A stretch of 63,938 bases of DNA, counting the filler, from Sandaracinaceae bacterium (GTDB lineage Bacteria; Myxococcota_A; Polyangia; Polyangiales; JADJQN01), in NCBI GenBank assembly GCA_947483975.1. It is 5 parts of 5 records of this genome, joined end to end, with 100 filler letters (N's around TTAATTAATTAA, not from the genome) between each part and the next. Parts side by side here need not be neighbours in the genome. Positions count along the whole stretch, not along the records: positions 1 to 14,042 come from CANKOL010000114.1; positions 14,143 to 27,789 come from CANKOL010000115.1; 3 more parts are not named here. The stretch is one strand, 5' to 3'. Position 1 is the stretch's first letter. Every line of letters starts with the position of its first letter. A program made the position numbers and the translations under genes. Shown here one piece after another: positions 9,066 through 17,927 of the stretch. The notes beneath the pieces are model-generated. The model was not told the DNA's origin, made no database searches, and saw nothing but the letters and a program-made list of their open reading frames with translations.

Positions 9066-11039
9066 CTACGCTTCGATCTCGCCGGCTTGAGTCGCCGCGA
9101 GCACGTCCTCGAGGGAGGTGCGCCCGGCGAGCACCTGCCGCGCGCCGTCCTCACGCAGCGAGCGCATCCCGCGCTGCACCGCGAGCCGCGTGATCGTGTT
9201 CGAGTCGGAGTTGTCGAGGATCGCGCGCCGCACGGGCTCGTCGATCTGCAGGAGCTCGTAGATGCCGAGCCGGCCGCGGTAGCCCGTGCCCGCGCACTCC
9301 GAGCAGCCGATGGCGCGGTAGAACATCGGCTTCTCCTGCGCGGCGCCGAGCCCGAGCTGCGCGCGGATGCGGCCGTCGCCCTCGCGCAGGCGCTCCGGCG
9401 CGGAGTCGATGATCGCGCGCTGCTCCGGCGTCAGCCGCGCGAGCACATCGGCCGGCACCGGCGGCGGCCCTTGGACGCGCGTCTGCTCTGGCTCGAGGTC
9501 CTCGTCGAGGTCGCGCAGCTCCGGGGGCGCGCTCGGCGTCGCGGCGCCGCTCTTGGCGTGCGCCATCGCCGCCGCCTTCGCCGTCGCGGCGAGGCCCGTG
9601 CGCTTGTTGTTCTCGACGAGCCTGCGCGCCTCCGCGAGGTCGATGCCGAGCGAGGTGAGGTCGGCTTGGCTCGGCTCGTACGGCTGCCGACAGTGCGGAC
9701 AGAGGCGGCGCACGAGGCGCTGCGCGAGCACGGCGAGCAGCGACGACGCGATCAAGAAGGGCTGCACGTCCATGTCGACCAAGCGCGTCACCGCGCCGGC
9801 GGCGTCGTTCGTGTGCAGCGTCGAGAGCACGAGATGGCCCGTGAGCGACGCGTTGATCGCGATCTCGGCGGTCTCCTTGTCGCGGATCTCGCCGACCATG
9901 ATCACGTCCGGATCCTGGCGCAGGAACGCGCGCAGGCCGCTCGCGAACGTCAGGCCGATCTTCGGGTGAATCTGCATCTGCCCGATGCCCGCGAGCTCGT
10001 ACTCGACCGGATCCTCGACGGTGAGGATGTTGAGGTCGGGAGTGTTGATCTTGTTGAGGCAGGCGTAGAGCGTCGTCGTCTTGCCGGAGCCCGTCGGGCC
10101 CGTGACGAGCACGATGCCGTTCGGGCGCGAGATGAAGTGCTCCATCGTCTGGAGCTGATCGGGGTCGAAGCCGAGATCCGTCAGGTCGAGCAGCACCTTC
10201 TCTTTGTCGAGCAAGCGCATGACGACGCGCTCGCCGCGCGAGGTCGGGATCGTGCTCACGCGGACGTCGATCAGGCGCCCCTGGATCTTCTTGGTGATGC
10301 GCCCGTCCTGCGGGAGGCGCTTCTCTGCGATGTTGAGCCCCGCCTCGATCTTCACGCGCGCGATGATCGAGGGGAGGAACCCCTTGTGCGCGGTCTTGGT
10401 CGGGTAGAGATCGCCGTCGATGCGGTAGCGGACGGCGACCTCTTTGTCGCCCGGCTCGATGTGGATGTCCGACGCGCGGTCGCGGACCGCGTTGTAGAAG
10501 AGGTTGTTGACCCAGCGGATGACGGGGGCCTCATCCGTCATGTCGATCAGGTCTTGAAGCTCCTCGACGTCGTCGCCCTCTTTGCCGTCCGCGAGGGCGT
10601 TCTCGTCCTTGCGCTCGTAGAGGCGGTTGATCGCGTCGTCGATCGCCTCGCCCGGCGCCGCGATCGGCTCGACCGCGCGCCCGAGGAGCGTCCGCAGATC
10701 ATCGATCGGGAACGGGTTGAGCGGGTCGGCGACCGCGACCTCGATCACGCCGTCCCGCTCACCGAGCGGCACGACGCGGTTCTGGCGGGCGAACGAGATC
10801 GGGATTCGCTCGAGCAGCTCCGCGGAGACGCCCGTCGTCTCGATCTTCTCGCGGAAGGTCAGCCCCATCTCCTCCGCGAGCGCGCGGACGAGCTGAGTCT
10901 CCTCGACGACGCGCGTCGCCAAGAGCACGTCGGTGAGCTTCGAGCTCTTCTCGCGCGCGACGTTCAGCGCCTGCTCGAGCCCTTCGGGCGTGAGCGCACC
11001 GCGACGCACCAGAATCTCACCGACGTACCGCTGCTCCAT
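9066..11039 (-). CDS. gspE: T2SS ATPase GspE
   Basis: ASDIHIEP, RLPQDGRI, Walker A GPTGSGKT, LRQDPDVIMVGEIRD, TGHLVLSTLHTN, tetra-Cys motif. Confidence 0.95.
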   Translation of the reverse strand: MEQRYVGEILVRRGALTPEGLEQALNVAREKSSKLTDVLLATRVVEETQLVRALAEEMGLTFREKIETTGVSAELLERIPISFARQNRVVPLGERDGVIEVAVADPLNPFPIDDLRTLLGRAVEPIAAPGEAIDDAINRLYERKDENALADGKEGDDVEELQDLIDMTDEAPVIRWVNNLFYNAVRDRASDIHIEPGDKEVAVRYRIDGDLYPTKTAHKGFLPSIIARVKIEAGLNIAEKRLPQDGRITKKIQGRLIDVRVSTIPTSRGERVVMRLLDKEKVLLDLTDLGFDPDQLQTMEHFISRPNGIVLVTGPTGSGKTTTLYACLNKINTPDLNILTVEDPVEYELAGIGQMQIHPKIGLTFASGLRAFLRQDPDVIMVGEIRDKETAEIAINASLTGHLVLSTLHTNDAAGAVTRLVDMDVQPFLIASSLLAVLAQRLVRRLCPHCRQPYEPSQADLTSLGIDLAEARRLVENNKRTGLAATAKAAAMAHAKSGAATPSAPPELRDLDEDLEPEQTRVQGPPPVPADVLARLTPEQRAIIDSAPERLREGDGRIRAQLGLGAAQEKPMFYRAIGCSECAGTGYRGRLGIYELLQIDEPVRRAILDNSDSNTITRLAVQRGMRSLREDGARQVLAGRTSLEDVLAATQAGEIEA

Positions 11040-11088
11040 GGGGCTCCCTAACACTCGAGCTGCGTCTTCTCTCTCACTGCGCCGTCTC

Positions 11089-13599
11089 TCACTGCGCCTG
11101 CATGTCCCCGGGGTTGTCGAGCTGCGGGGTGCCTATGGGCTCCTGCGGGATCACCGCGGTCGTCCCGTCCGGCGAGATCACCGTGTCCCCCGCCGAGGCT
11201 CCAGGCTCCATGGGCACCGAGCCTATCGCTGGTCGCACCGTGTGCTCGGGCGGCGGGCGCGCCGCGGACTCCTCTGCGAGCCGTCGCTCGACGTCGATCG
11301 AGTCGACCTCGTTGAGCATCTCGCTGACGAGCCCGCGCGTGCGTGAGTAGTCGACCGGCGGCTCGTAGTCCTGGTCGCCGAAGACGAAGTAGCGGTCGAT
11401 GAACTCCTGCCGCTCGCGCATCTTGCGCTCGAAGATCGCGCGCAGATCCCCCTGATTCCGGATGATGTACGGGGTCAGGAAGAGCAGCAGATTGGTCTTC
11501 TTCGTCTCGCGCGTCGTGCTGCGGAAGAGCACGCCGATCAGCGGGATATCCCCGAGGATCGGCACCTTCGTCTCGGAGGTGTTGATCGTGTCGCGCATCA
11601 AGCCGCCGATGACGACCGTCTGCTGGTCGCGGACGACGACCTGCGTCTTGGCGTTGCGCTTGGTGATCGAGAGGACCTGCGCGGTGCCCTCGACCGCGCC
11701 GCGCTCGCTGATCTCCTCGTTGATCTCGAGGCGAATCTCGTCCGCCTCGTTGATGTGCGGAGTCAGCGTGATCTTCGTGCCGACGTCCTGCCGGGGCGAG
11801 GTGCCGCCCATGCCGCTGAGACCGCTGAGGCCGCCGAGGCCGCTCAGCGCGCTCAGCGCGGACGAACTCTGCCCGGCGGCGCCCGCGAGCCCGGCGAGGC
11901 CGCTCAGCGCGCTCGACTGCTGCAGCGCGACGTTCTCGCCGACGCTGATCTCGGCCTCCTCGTTGTCCATCGCGATGAGGTGCGGCGTCGACAGCACGTT
12001 CGCGTCGCCGCTGTTGGCGATGGCGTTGAGCACGACGCCGAACGCGGGGATCGAGAGGCCGATGCCCTGCAGCTGCTCGGCGGGGATCTGCGGTCCGCGC
12101 ACGCCGAGCGCGAGCCCGGTGAGGGAGTCCGCGCTGACCGTGCTGATCGAGGTGCCGGCGTTGAAGCCGAAGATCGAGAGCGCGTCGCTCGTCGGGAAGC
12201 CCGGCACGCCGCCGTGGAAGCTCAGCCCGAGCTTCGAGGAGCGGCTGACGGATAGCTCCATGATCACGGCCTCGATGAAGACCTGCCGGCGCGAGACGTC
12301 GAGGCGGCTGATCACGCTGCGCAGGGACGCGTAGTCGTGCATCGACGAGGTGATGACGAGCGAGTTCGTCGGCTTGTGCGCGGTGATGCGCACCTGCCCC
12401 TCGAACGGGCTCCCGCCGCCCGCCGCGGGACGACCTGCGGCCCCCGCCGGTGCGCCGCCTGCGCCGCCTCCGCCGCCGACGATGCTCGTCAGGGTCGTCG
12501 CGATGTCCTCCGCGTCGCCGTGCTGGATGTACTCGACGTGGATGCGCCCCTCGCCCTCGAGGGCGACGTCGAGCGCGCGGATCATCTCGAGGATGCGGAC
12601 GTAGGCGCGCTCGGTCGCGATGATGATCAGCGAGTTCGTGCGCTCGTCGGCGATGATCTTCGTGATGCGCATCTCGCCCGAGTGCGAGCCCACGGTCGAG
12701 GGACCGGCCGGCGCGACGCTGCCCGGCGCAGCGCGCGGCGCAGGGGCCCCCGCGGCGCCCGCCGTCGTCGGCGGGAAGATCTCGTTGAGTCGGTCAGCAA
12801 GCTCGGTCGCGTTCGCGTAGTGGACCGGCTCGATCCAGACCTGCTCGCCGCCGCGCGGCACGTCGATGGCCTCGACGATCCGGAGCATGCGCCGGATGTT
12901 CGAGCCCATATCCGTCATGATGATCGTGTTCGTCGGGGCGTACGCCGTGACGTTGCCCTCGCGCGACTTGAAGCGCGCGAGCAGCGTCGCGACGTCCTCC
13001 GCGCTGACGTTCTCGATGCGGTGCATCCGCGTGACGTAGCGGTCGTCCCCCGGCGAGGCCTCGCCGGCGCCATAGAGCGGCGTCGGGAGGTTCTCGATGC
13101 CCGTGGTCTCGACGATCTTCAGGTAGCGGCCCGCGGGCACGACGGTCATGCCGTTGAGCTCGAGGATCGAGAGGAACGCCTGATACGCCTCCGCCGCGCT
13201 GACCTTGGTCGGGGCGTAGACGCTCGCCTTGATGCTGCGGACCTTGCCCGGGAGGATGAAGCGCTTGCCCGTGATGCTCGAGATCAGGCGCACGAGGTCG
13301 GGGAGGTCGGCGTCCTCGAGGTTGAACGTGACGCGCGCGCCGGGCGGGACGGGCTCGTAGTCGATGCCCGTGACGAACGGCTGCACGGGCGCGGACGGAC
13401 CGCCGCCCGGCTGGCCGCCGGGGCCCTGCGGGGAGGGCAGGTTCTGCAGCGGCAGCCCCTGGCGGATGCGCGGCCCCATGACGTCGATGCGCGGATGCTC
13501 CTGGGGCATCGGCGGGTCCTGCGCGCTCGCGACTCCGAGTCCGGCGGCCATCACGGCGGCAGACACGACGAGCAGAGGGAGGGCGTGTTGGATCTTCAC
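11089..13599 (-). CDS. gspD: T2SS secretin GspD
   Basis: Signal peptide, N-domains (DERTNSLII), QVFIEAVIME, NVLSTP, KVPILGDIPLIGVLF, NLLLFLTPYII. Confidence 0.95.
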   Translation of the reverse strand: MKIQHALPLLVVSAAVMAAGLGVASAQDPPMPQEHPRIDVMGPRIRQGLPLQNLPSPQGPGGQPGGGPSAPVQPFVTGIDYEPVPPGARVTFNLEDADLPDLVRLISSITGKRFILPGKVRSIKASVYAPTKVSAAEAYQAFLSILELNGMTVVPAGRYLKIVETTGIENLPTPLYGAGEASPGDDRYVTRMHRIENVSAEDVATLLARFKSREGNVTAYAPTNTIIMTDMGSNIRRMLRIVEAIDVPRGGEQVWIEPVHYANATELADRLNEIFPPTTAGAAGAPAPRAAPGSVAPAGPSTVGSHSGEMRITKIIADERTNSLIIIATERAYVRILEMIRALDVALEGEGRIHVEYIQHGDAEDIATTLTSIVGGGGGAGGAPAGAAGRPAAGGGSPFEGQVRITAHKPTNSLVITSSMHDYASLRSVISRLDVSRRQVFIEAVIMELSVSRSSKLGLSFHGGVPGFPTSDALSIFGFNAGTSISTVSADSLTGLALGVRGPQIPAEQLQGIGLSIPAFGVVLNAIANSGDANVLSTPHLIAMDNEEAEISVGENVALQQSSALSGLAGLAGAAGQSSSALSALSGLGGLSGLSGMGGTSPRQDVGTKITLTPHINEADEIRLEINEEISERGAVEGTAQVLSITKRNAKTQVVVRDQQTVVIGGLMRDTINTSETKVPILGDIPLIGVLFRSTTRETKKTNLLLFLTPYIIRNQGDLRAIFERKMRERQEFIDRYFVFGDQDYEPPVDYSRTRGLVSEMLNEVDSIDVERRLAEESAARPPPEHTVRPAIGSVPMEPGASAGDTVISPDGTTAVIPQEPIGTPQLDNPGDMQAQ

Positions 13600-13642
13600 T
13601 CGGGGCTCACTTGCGCGGCTGCGCTCACGGGTGCGACGGCGC

Positions 13643-14042
13643 TCACTGGATGTTGAAATTCACGCTGGTCGGCTGTCCGCGGCGGACGACCGAGAGCGTG
13701 AGGTGATCGGACTCGCGCAGGCGCGCGTAGGCCTCGAGCGCCTTGTCCGGGCTGGTCATGTCGAAGCCGTTGATGGTCCGCAGCACGTCGCCGTTCTGCA
13801 TCCCGAGGCGGCCGAGCAGGCTGTTCCGGCGGATGCCGTACATCTTCACGCCGACGACGCGGCCGTTCTCTTCTTGCGGCACGACGCGGGCGGTGCGCAT
13901 CAGCTCGGCTTGGTTGTCGAGGATGCGGTTCACGAGCCCGCGCTGGATGCGGTACTCGGTCTCGCTGACCTTGGTGATGCCGGCGTCGAGGTCGGCCGCC
14001 GGGATGCCGCCGGCGGTGTCGGCGGGCCCCGCGGGCTCGATC
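13643..14042 (-). CDS. gspC: GspC C-terminal PDZ domain (5' truncated by contig end)
   Basis: ARVVP...GVKMYGIRRNSLLGRLGMQNGDVLRTING; directly upstream of gspD. Confidence 0.88.
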
Positions 14043-14142
14043 NNNNNNNNNNNNNNNNNNNNNNNNNNNNNNNNNNNNNNNNNNNNTTAATTAATTAANN
14101 NNNNNNNNNNNNNNNNNNNNNNNNNNNNNNNNNNNNNNNNNN
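14043..14142. other. Artificial contig spacer
   Basis: N44-TTAATTAATTAA-N44 six-frame stop linker. Confidence 0.99.
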
Positions 14143-14611
14143 AGCGCACCGTGTCGACGGCGCTCGTCACCGTCGCGCGCGCCGCGCGGAGCCCGCCGCC
14201 CGCCGTCGCCGTGACGAGCTGCACGTCCGACTCCGCGGCGGCCGCTTGCGCGCGCTGCATCTCCAGGTCGGCCTGCGCCTGCGCGACGCGCGACTCGTAC
14301 TCGAGCGGGTCGATCTCGACGAGCACGGCGCCCGCGCTGACGCGCTGATTCTCGACGACGCGCACGTGGAGCACCTGCCCGCCCGCCCGCGCCGAGAGCT
14401 GCGCGATGTCCGCCTCGATCTGCGAGTCGTCCGTCTCCACCTGATTCGCCGTCTCGGCGCGGTGATAGAAGAAAACGCCTAGCGAGCCCGCCACCAGCAG
14501 AGCGAGCACGAGCAGCGGTCGCTTCGCGCTTCGACCCTTCGGTTCAGCCAGCGCCTGCCCGTCGCTCGCGCTCATCGGACTCTGTTCCTTCGCTGCAGCC
14601 TCGACACTCAT
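14143..14611 (-). CDS. EmrA/HlyD-family membrane fusion protein (3' truncated)
   Basis: TM, VETDDSQIEADI..LSARAGGQV..V.VVENQRV.AG.VLVEIDP lipoyl half-motif. Confidence 0.9.
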
Positions 14612-16206
14612 CACTCGATCTCCACGTGGACTTTGGCCTTCGGATCAGGAAGGCCGCCGCGCTTGAGGAACACCAGGATCGGCAGCACCGCGAGGAACGA
14701 GATCCCCGTCAGCAGAAAGAGCTGCTCGAAGGCGATCACGGTGGATTGCCGCATCACGACCCCGAGCAGAGAGGCGGTCGCGCCGGTGCGCGCGGCGTTG
14801 AGGTCCATCCCGCGCTGCATCAGCGCGCTCTGGATCGCGAGCAGCCGAGCCTGCACCTCGGGGCGCGACGGGTCCATGTGCGCCGTCAGCGCCGAGCGCG
14901 CGACGACGCCGTAGCGCGAGAGCACCGTCGTGAAGATCGCGAGCCCGACGGAGCCGCCGATCTGCCGCATCAGCGAGTTCAGCCCCGTCGCGTCCGCGAG
15001 CTTGTGGCGCGGGACGTTGTTGAGCGCCGTCGTCGTCAGCGGCACGAAGAGACAGCTGAAGCCGACGCCCTGCACCATGATCGCGACGATGATCTCGCTC
15101 TGCGGCGTCTCGAGCGTGAAGTGGCTCATCAGGTACGCGCCCGCGCCGAAGAAGCCGACGCCGCACGCGATGATCACGCGCGGGTCGACGCGGCTGTAGA
15201 GCTTGCCGACGATCGGCGTCGCCACGAACATCACCGCGACGCGCGGCATCATCGCGATGCCCGACTGCGTCGCCGTGAAGCCGAGCAACTCCTGCATGAA
15301 CACCGGCAAGAGGAACATCCCGCCCATCAGCATCGCGAACATCACCGCGCCGATCAGCGAGCCCGACAAGAACACTGGGTCCTTGAAGAGCGAGAGGTTG
15401 ACCACGGGCATCGGCGCCGTCAGCTCGCGGATGACGAAGGCGATGAGCGACACGAGCGCGACGAACGCGCAGCCGAGGATCAGGTCGCTCTCGAACCAGT
15501 CGTCCGCCTGCCCCTCCTCGAGCAGGTACTGGAAGGCGACGAGCCCGACGACCAGCAGCGCCATGCCGAGCCAGTCCATGTGCTTGCGCTGCTGCGCGGC
15601 GGCGAGGCGGTTCGCCGCGCGGATGTCCTCGGGCTCCGGGACGAACGTGGCGACCATGTAAAGCCCGAGAATGCCGACCGGGATGTTGATGAAGAAGATC
15701 CAGGACCAGTGGTAGTGGTCGACGATGTAGCCGCCGAGGGTCGGCCCGATCGCCGGGCCGAGCATCACGGCGAGCGCGAAGAGGGCCATCGCCATGCCCT
15801 GCTCCTTCGCCGAGAACGTCTGCCGCAAGATCGCCTGCTCCGTCGGCTGCAGGGCGCCCGCGCCGAGCCCTTGGATCGCGCGGAACGCGACGAGCATCGG
15901 CAGCGACTGCGCGAGCCCACACATCACGGAGCCGACGAGGAAGAGCGCGAGGCAGAACATGTAGACGTTCTTCTGCCCGAACATCCGGCCGAGAAAGCCC
16001 GTCAGCGGCATCACGATCACCTGCGCGATCACGTAGCCCGTGCTGATCCAGGTGATCTCTTGCAGCGTCGCGCCGAGCTGCCCGCGGATCTGCGGGAGGG
16101 CGACGTTGACGATGGAGGTGTCGATCGTCCCCATCAGCGTGCCGAACGTGACGGAGAGCGTCACGAGCCACTTGTTGGCGGGCGGGCGCGGGGCTGCGAG
16201 GGCCAT
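14611..16206 (-). CDS. DHA2 (EmrB/QacA) MFS efflux pump
   Basis: IDTSIVNVALPQI, WISTGY, FRAIQGLGAG, GPAIGPTLGG, WIFFINIPVG, RQIGGSVG. Confidence 0.93.
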   Translation of the reverse strand: MALAAPRPPANKWLVTLSVTFGTLMGTIDTSIVNVALPQIRGQLGATLQEITWISTGYVIAQVIVMPLTGFLGRMFGQKNVYMFCLALFLVGSVMCGLAQSLPMLVAFRAIQGLGAGALQPTEQAILRQTFSAKEQGMAMALFALAVMLGPAIGPTLGGYIVDHYHWSWIFFINIPVGILGLYMVATFVPEPEDIRAANRLAAAQQRKHMDWLGMALLVVGLVAFQYLLEEGQADDWFESDLILGCAFVALVSLIAFVIRELTAPMPVVNLSLFKDPVFLSGSLIGAVMFAMLMGGMFLLPVFMQELLGFTATQSGIAMMPRVAVMFVATPIVGKLYSRVDPRVIIACGVGFFGAGAYLMSHFTLETPQSEIIVAIMVQGVGFSCLFVPLTTTALNNVPRHKLADATGLNSLMRQIGGSVGLAIFTTVLSRYGVVARSALTAHMDPSRPEVQARLLAIQSALMQRGMDLNAARTGATASLLGVVMRQSTVIAFEQLFLLTGISFLAVLPILVFLKRGGLPDPKAKVHVEIE

Positions 16207-16811
16207 CACTCCACGACCAGTCCGTACTTGCCGAGCAAGCCGCGCAAGCCGGCCACGGAGAAGCGCGCGCCCTTCAGCGGGTTGGTCTCGGGGTCGAGCG
16301 CGAAGCCCGTCGCGGTGGTGAAGTCGGCGCCGAGCAGGCGCGTGTGGTGGAACACGGCGCGGCTCAGCTCGCACTCGGCGAAGGTGACCTTGCGGAGATC
16401 CGCGTCGGTGAAGTCCGCCTCCGTGAGGTCACAGTGGGCGAAGCGAGTGCCGGCGAGCTGCGCCCCGACGAACGACGCGTAGCGCAGCTGGCACTCGTCG
16501 AAGTGCGCCGAGAAGAAGAGGCCCTCGCACTCGGAGAACGCGACGCCGAGCAGCTTGCAGTCGCTGAAGGCGACGTTCCGCAGCGCGGCGCCGCGCAGCC
16601 GCACGGACGCCAGATTGCAGCGCTCGAACAGGCAGTCTTCGAAGCAGACGCCGCTGAGGTCCGCGCCGCTGAGCTCACAGCCGATGAAGCGGTACTGCTC
16701 GAGCTTGCGGCCGAGGCTGAGCAGATGAGTCGCGTCACAGCCCGAGAGGACCTGTCCGTCGGGGAAAACGTCAGGCTTGCGGGCGGCTGCCGGGGTACGT
16801 CGCGACTTCAC
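16206..16811 (-). CDS. Pentapeptide-repeat protein (Qnr/MfpA/YjcF-like)
   Basis: Continuous A/C-x-F/L-x-x repeats; C-terminal DPETNPLKGARFS..GL.GLL; TGATG overlap with the MFS gene. Confidence 0.9.
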   Translation of the reverse strand: MKSRRTPAAARKPDVFPDGQVLSGCDATHLLSLGRKLEQYRFIGCELSGADLSGVCFEDCLFERCNLASVRLRGAALRNVAFSDCKLLGVAFSECEGLFFSAHFDECQLRYASFVGAQLAGTRFAHCDLTEADFTDADLRKVTFAECELSRAVFHHTRLLGADFTTATGFALDPETNPLKGARFSVAGLRGLLGKYGLVVE

Positions 16812-17004
16812 GGGCGCGGAAGGTAGCTGATCCGCGGGGCGACGCGCTTGCCCCGGTGCGCTGCCGCTCGAGGCGGACGAAATGGGGCCCTCGGCGGTCG
16901 TGCGAGCGTGATTCGCGGCGGGCCGAGCGGGGGACTCCGCGGGCCCACGGCCGTGCTATCAAGGGCGCGCCGCACGGGGCGGCGAGCGCGCGAAGAGGCC
17001 TGCC

Positions 17005-17889
17005 ATGACGACGAAGACTTCGATGCTCCGCGCGACGACCGGCACGCTGGTCGTGGCCACCGTCGCGCTCGTGGGGCTCGGCTCCGTGGTGCACTCGACC
17101 GGCGCCTCGCTCGCGTGCCCGGACTGGCCGCTGTGCGGAGGCGAGGTGTTTCCGGCGATGGTCGGCGGAGTGCAGTTCGAGCACTCGCATCGCATCCTCG
17201 CGGGGCTGGTCGCGCTGCTCTCCGGCGTCGTCGCTGCGCTCGCCTGGCGCGAGCGCGCCGACGACAGACTGCGCGCACGCCTCGCCCTCGCCGCCGTCGG
17301 ACTCGTGCTCGTGCAAGCCGCGCTCGGCGCGATGACCGTGTTGATGCGGCTGCCGCCCGCGGTCTCGACCGCGCACTACGCGACCTCGATGCTGTTTCTG
17401 CTCTCGAGCGGCGAGGTCGCGCGGCGCTCGTGGCGCGGGGAATTTGCAGCGGATCAGCTCGCGCGCGAGCGCACCATCGTCACCGCGTTGCTGTTCGCGC
17501 AGCTGGTGCTCGGGGCGGCGGTGCGGCACTTCGGCGCGGGCTACGCGTGTGGGCGGGACGCCTGGGGCTGCGCGCCGCTGCTGACCTCCGCGTTCGGGCT
17601 GCCGCTGCTGCAGATCACGCACCGCGTGCTCGGGGTGGTGCTGGTCGGCGTCCTCGTCTGGTTCGCGCGGCGCGCGGCTGCGGTCGGCGCGCGCCTGCAG
17701 GCTGGGCTCCTCGTCAACCTCGTCGTCGCGCAGATCGCGCTCGGCCTGGTGACGGTCGGGAGCGGCATCTCGATCCCGATCGTCACCGCGCACGCCGTCG
17801 TCGGCGCGCTGCTGCTCCTGACGACGATGACCCTCGGCCGCCTCGCGCCGCAGCGGCGTCTGCGCACGACGAGCCCCGCGGCGACCTGA
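17005..17889 (+). CDS. ctaA: Heme A synthase (COX15/CtaA, type 1)
   Basis: GASLACPDWPLC, FEHSHR, STAH, QITHR, VTAH; about 8 TM segments. Confidence 0.88.
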   Translation: MTTKTSMLRATTGTLVVATVALVGLGSVVHSTGASLACPDWPLCGGEVFPAMVGGVQFEHSHRILAGLVALLSGVVAALAWRERADDRLRARLALAAVGLVLVQAALGAMTVLMRLPPAVSTAHYATSMLFLLSSGEVARRSWRGEFAADQLARERTIVTALLFAQLVLGAAVRHFGAGYACGRDAWGCAPLLTSAFGLPLLQITHRVLGVVLVGVLVWFARRAAAVGARLQAGLLVNLVVAQIALGLVTVGSGISIPIVTAHAVVGALLLLTTMTLGRLAPQRRLRTTSPAAT

Positions 17890-17927
17890 AGCGGGGCTCG
17901 CTCACGCGGTGTGAGGCCGCGGGCGCC

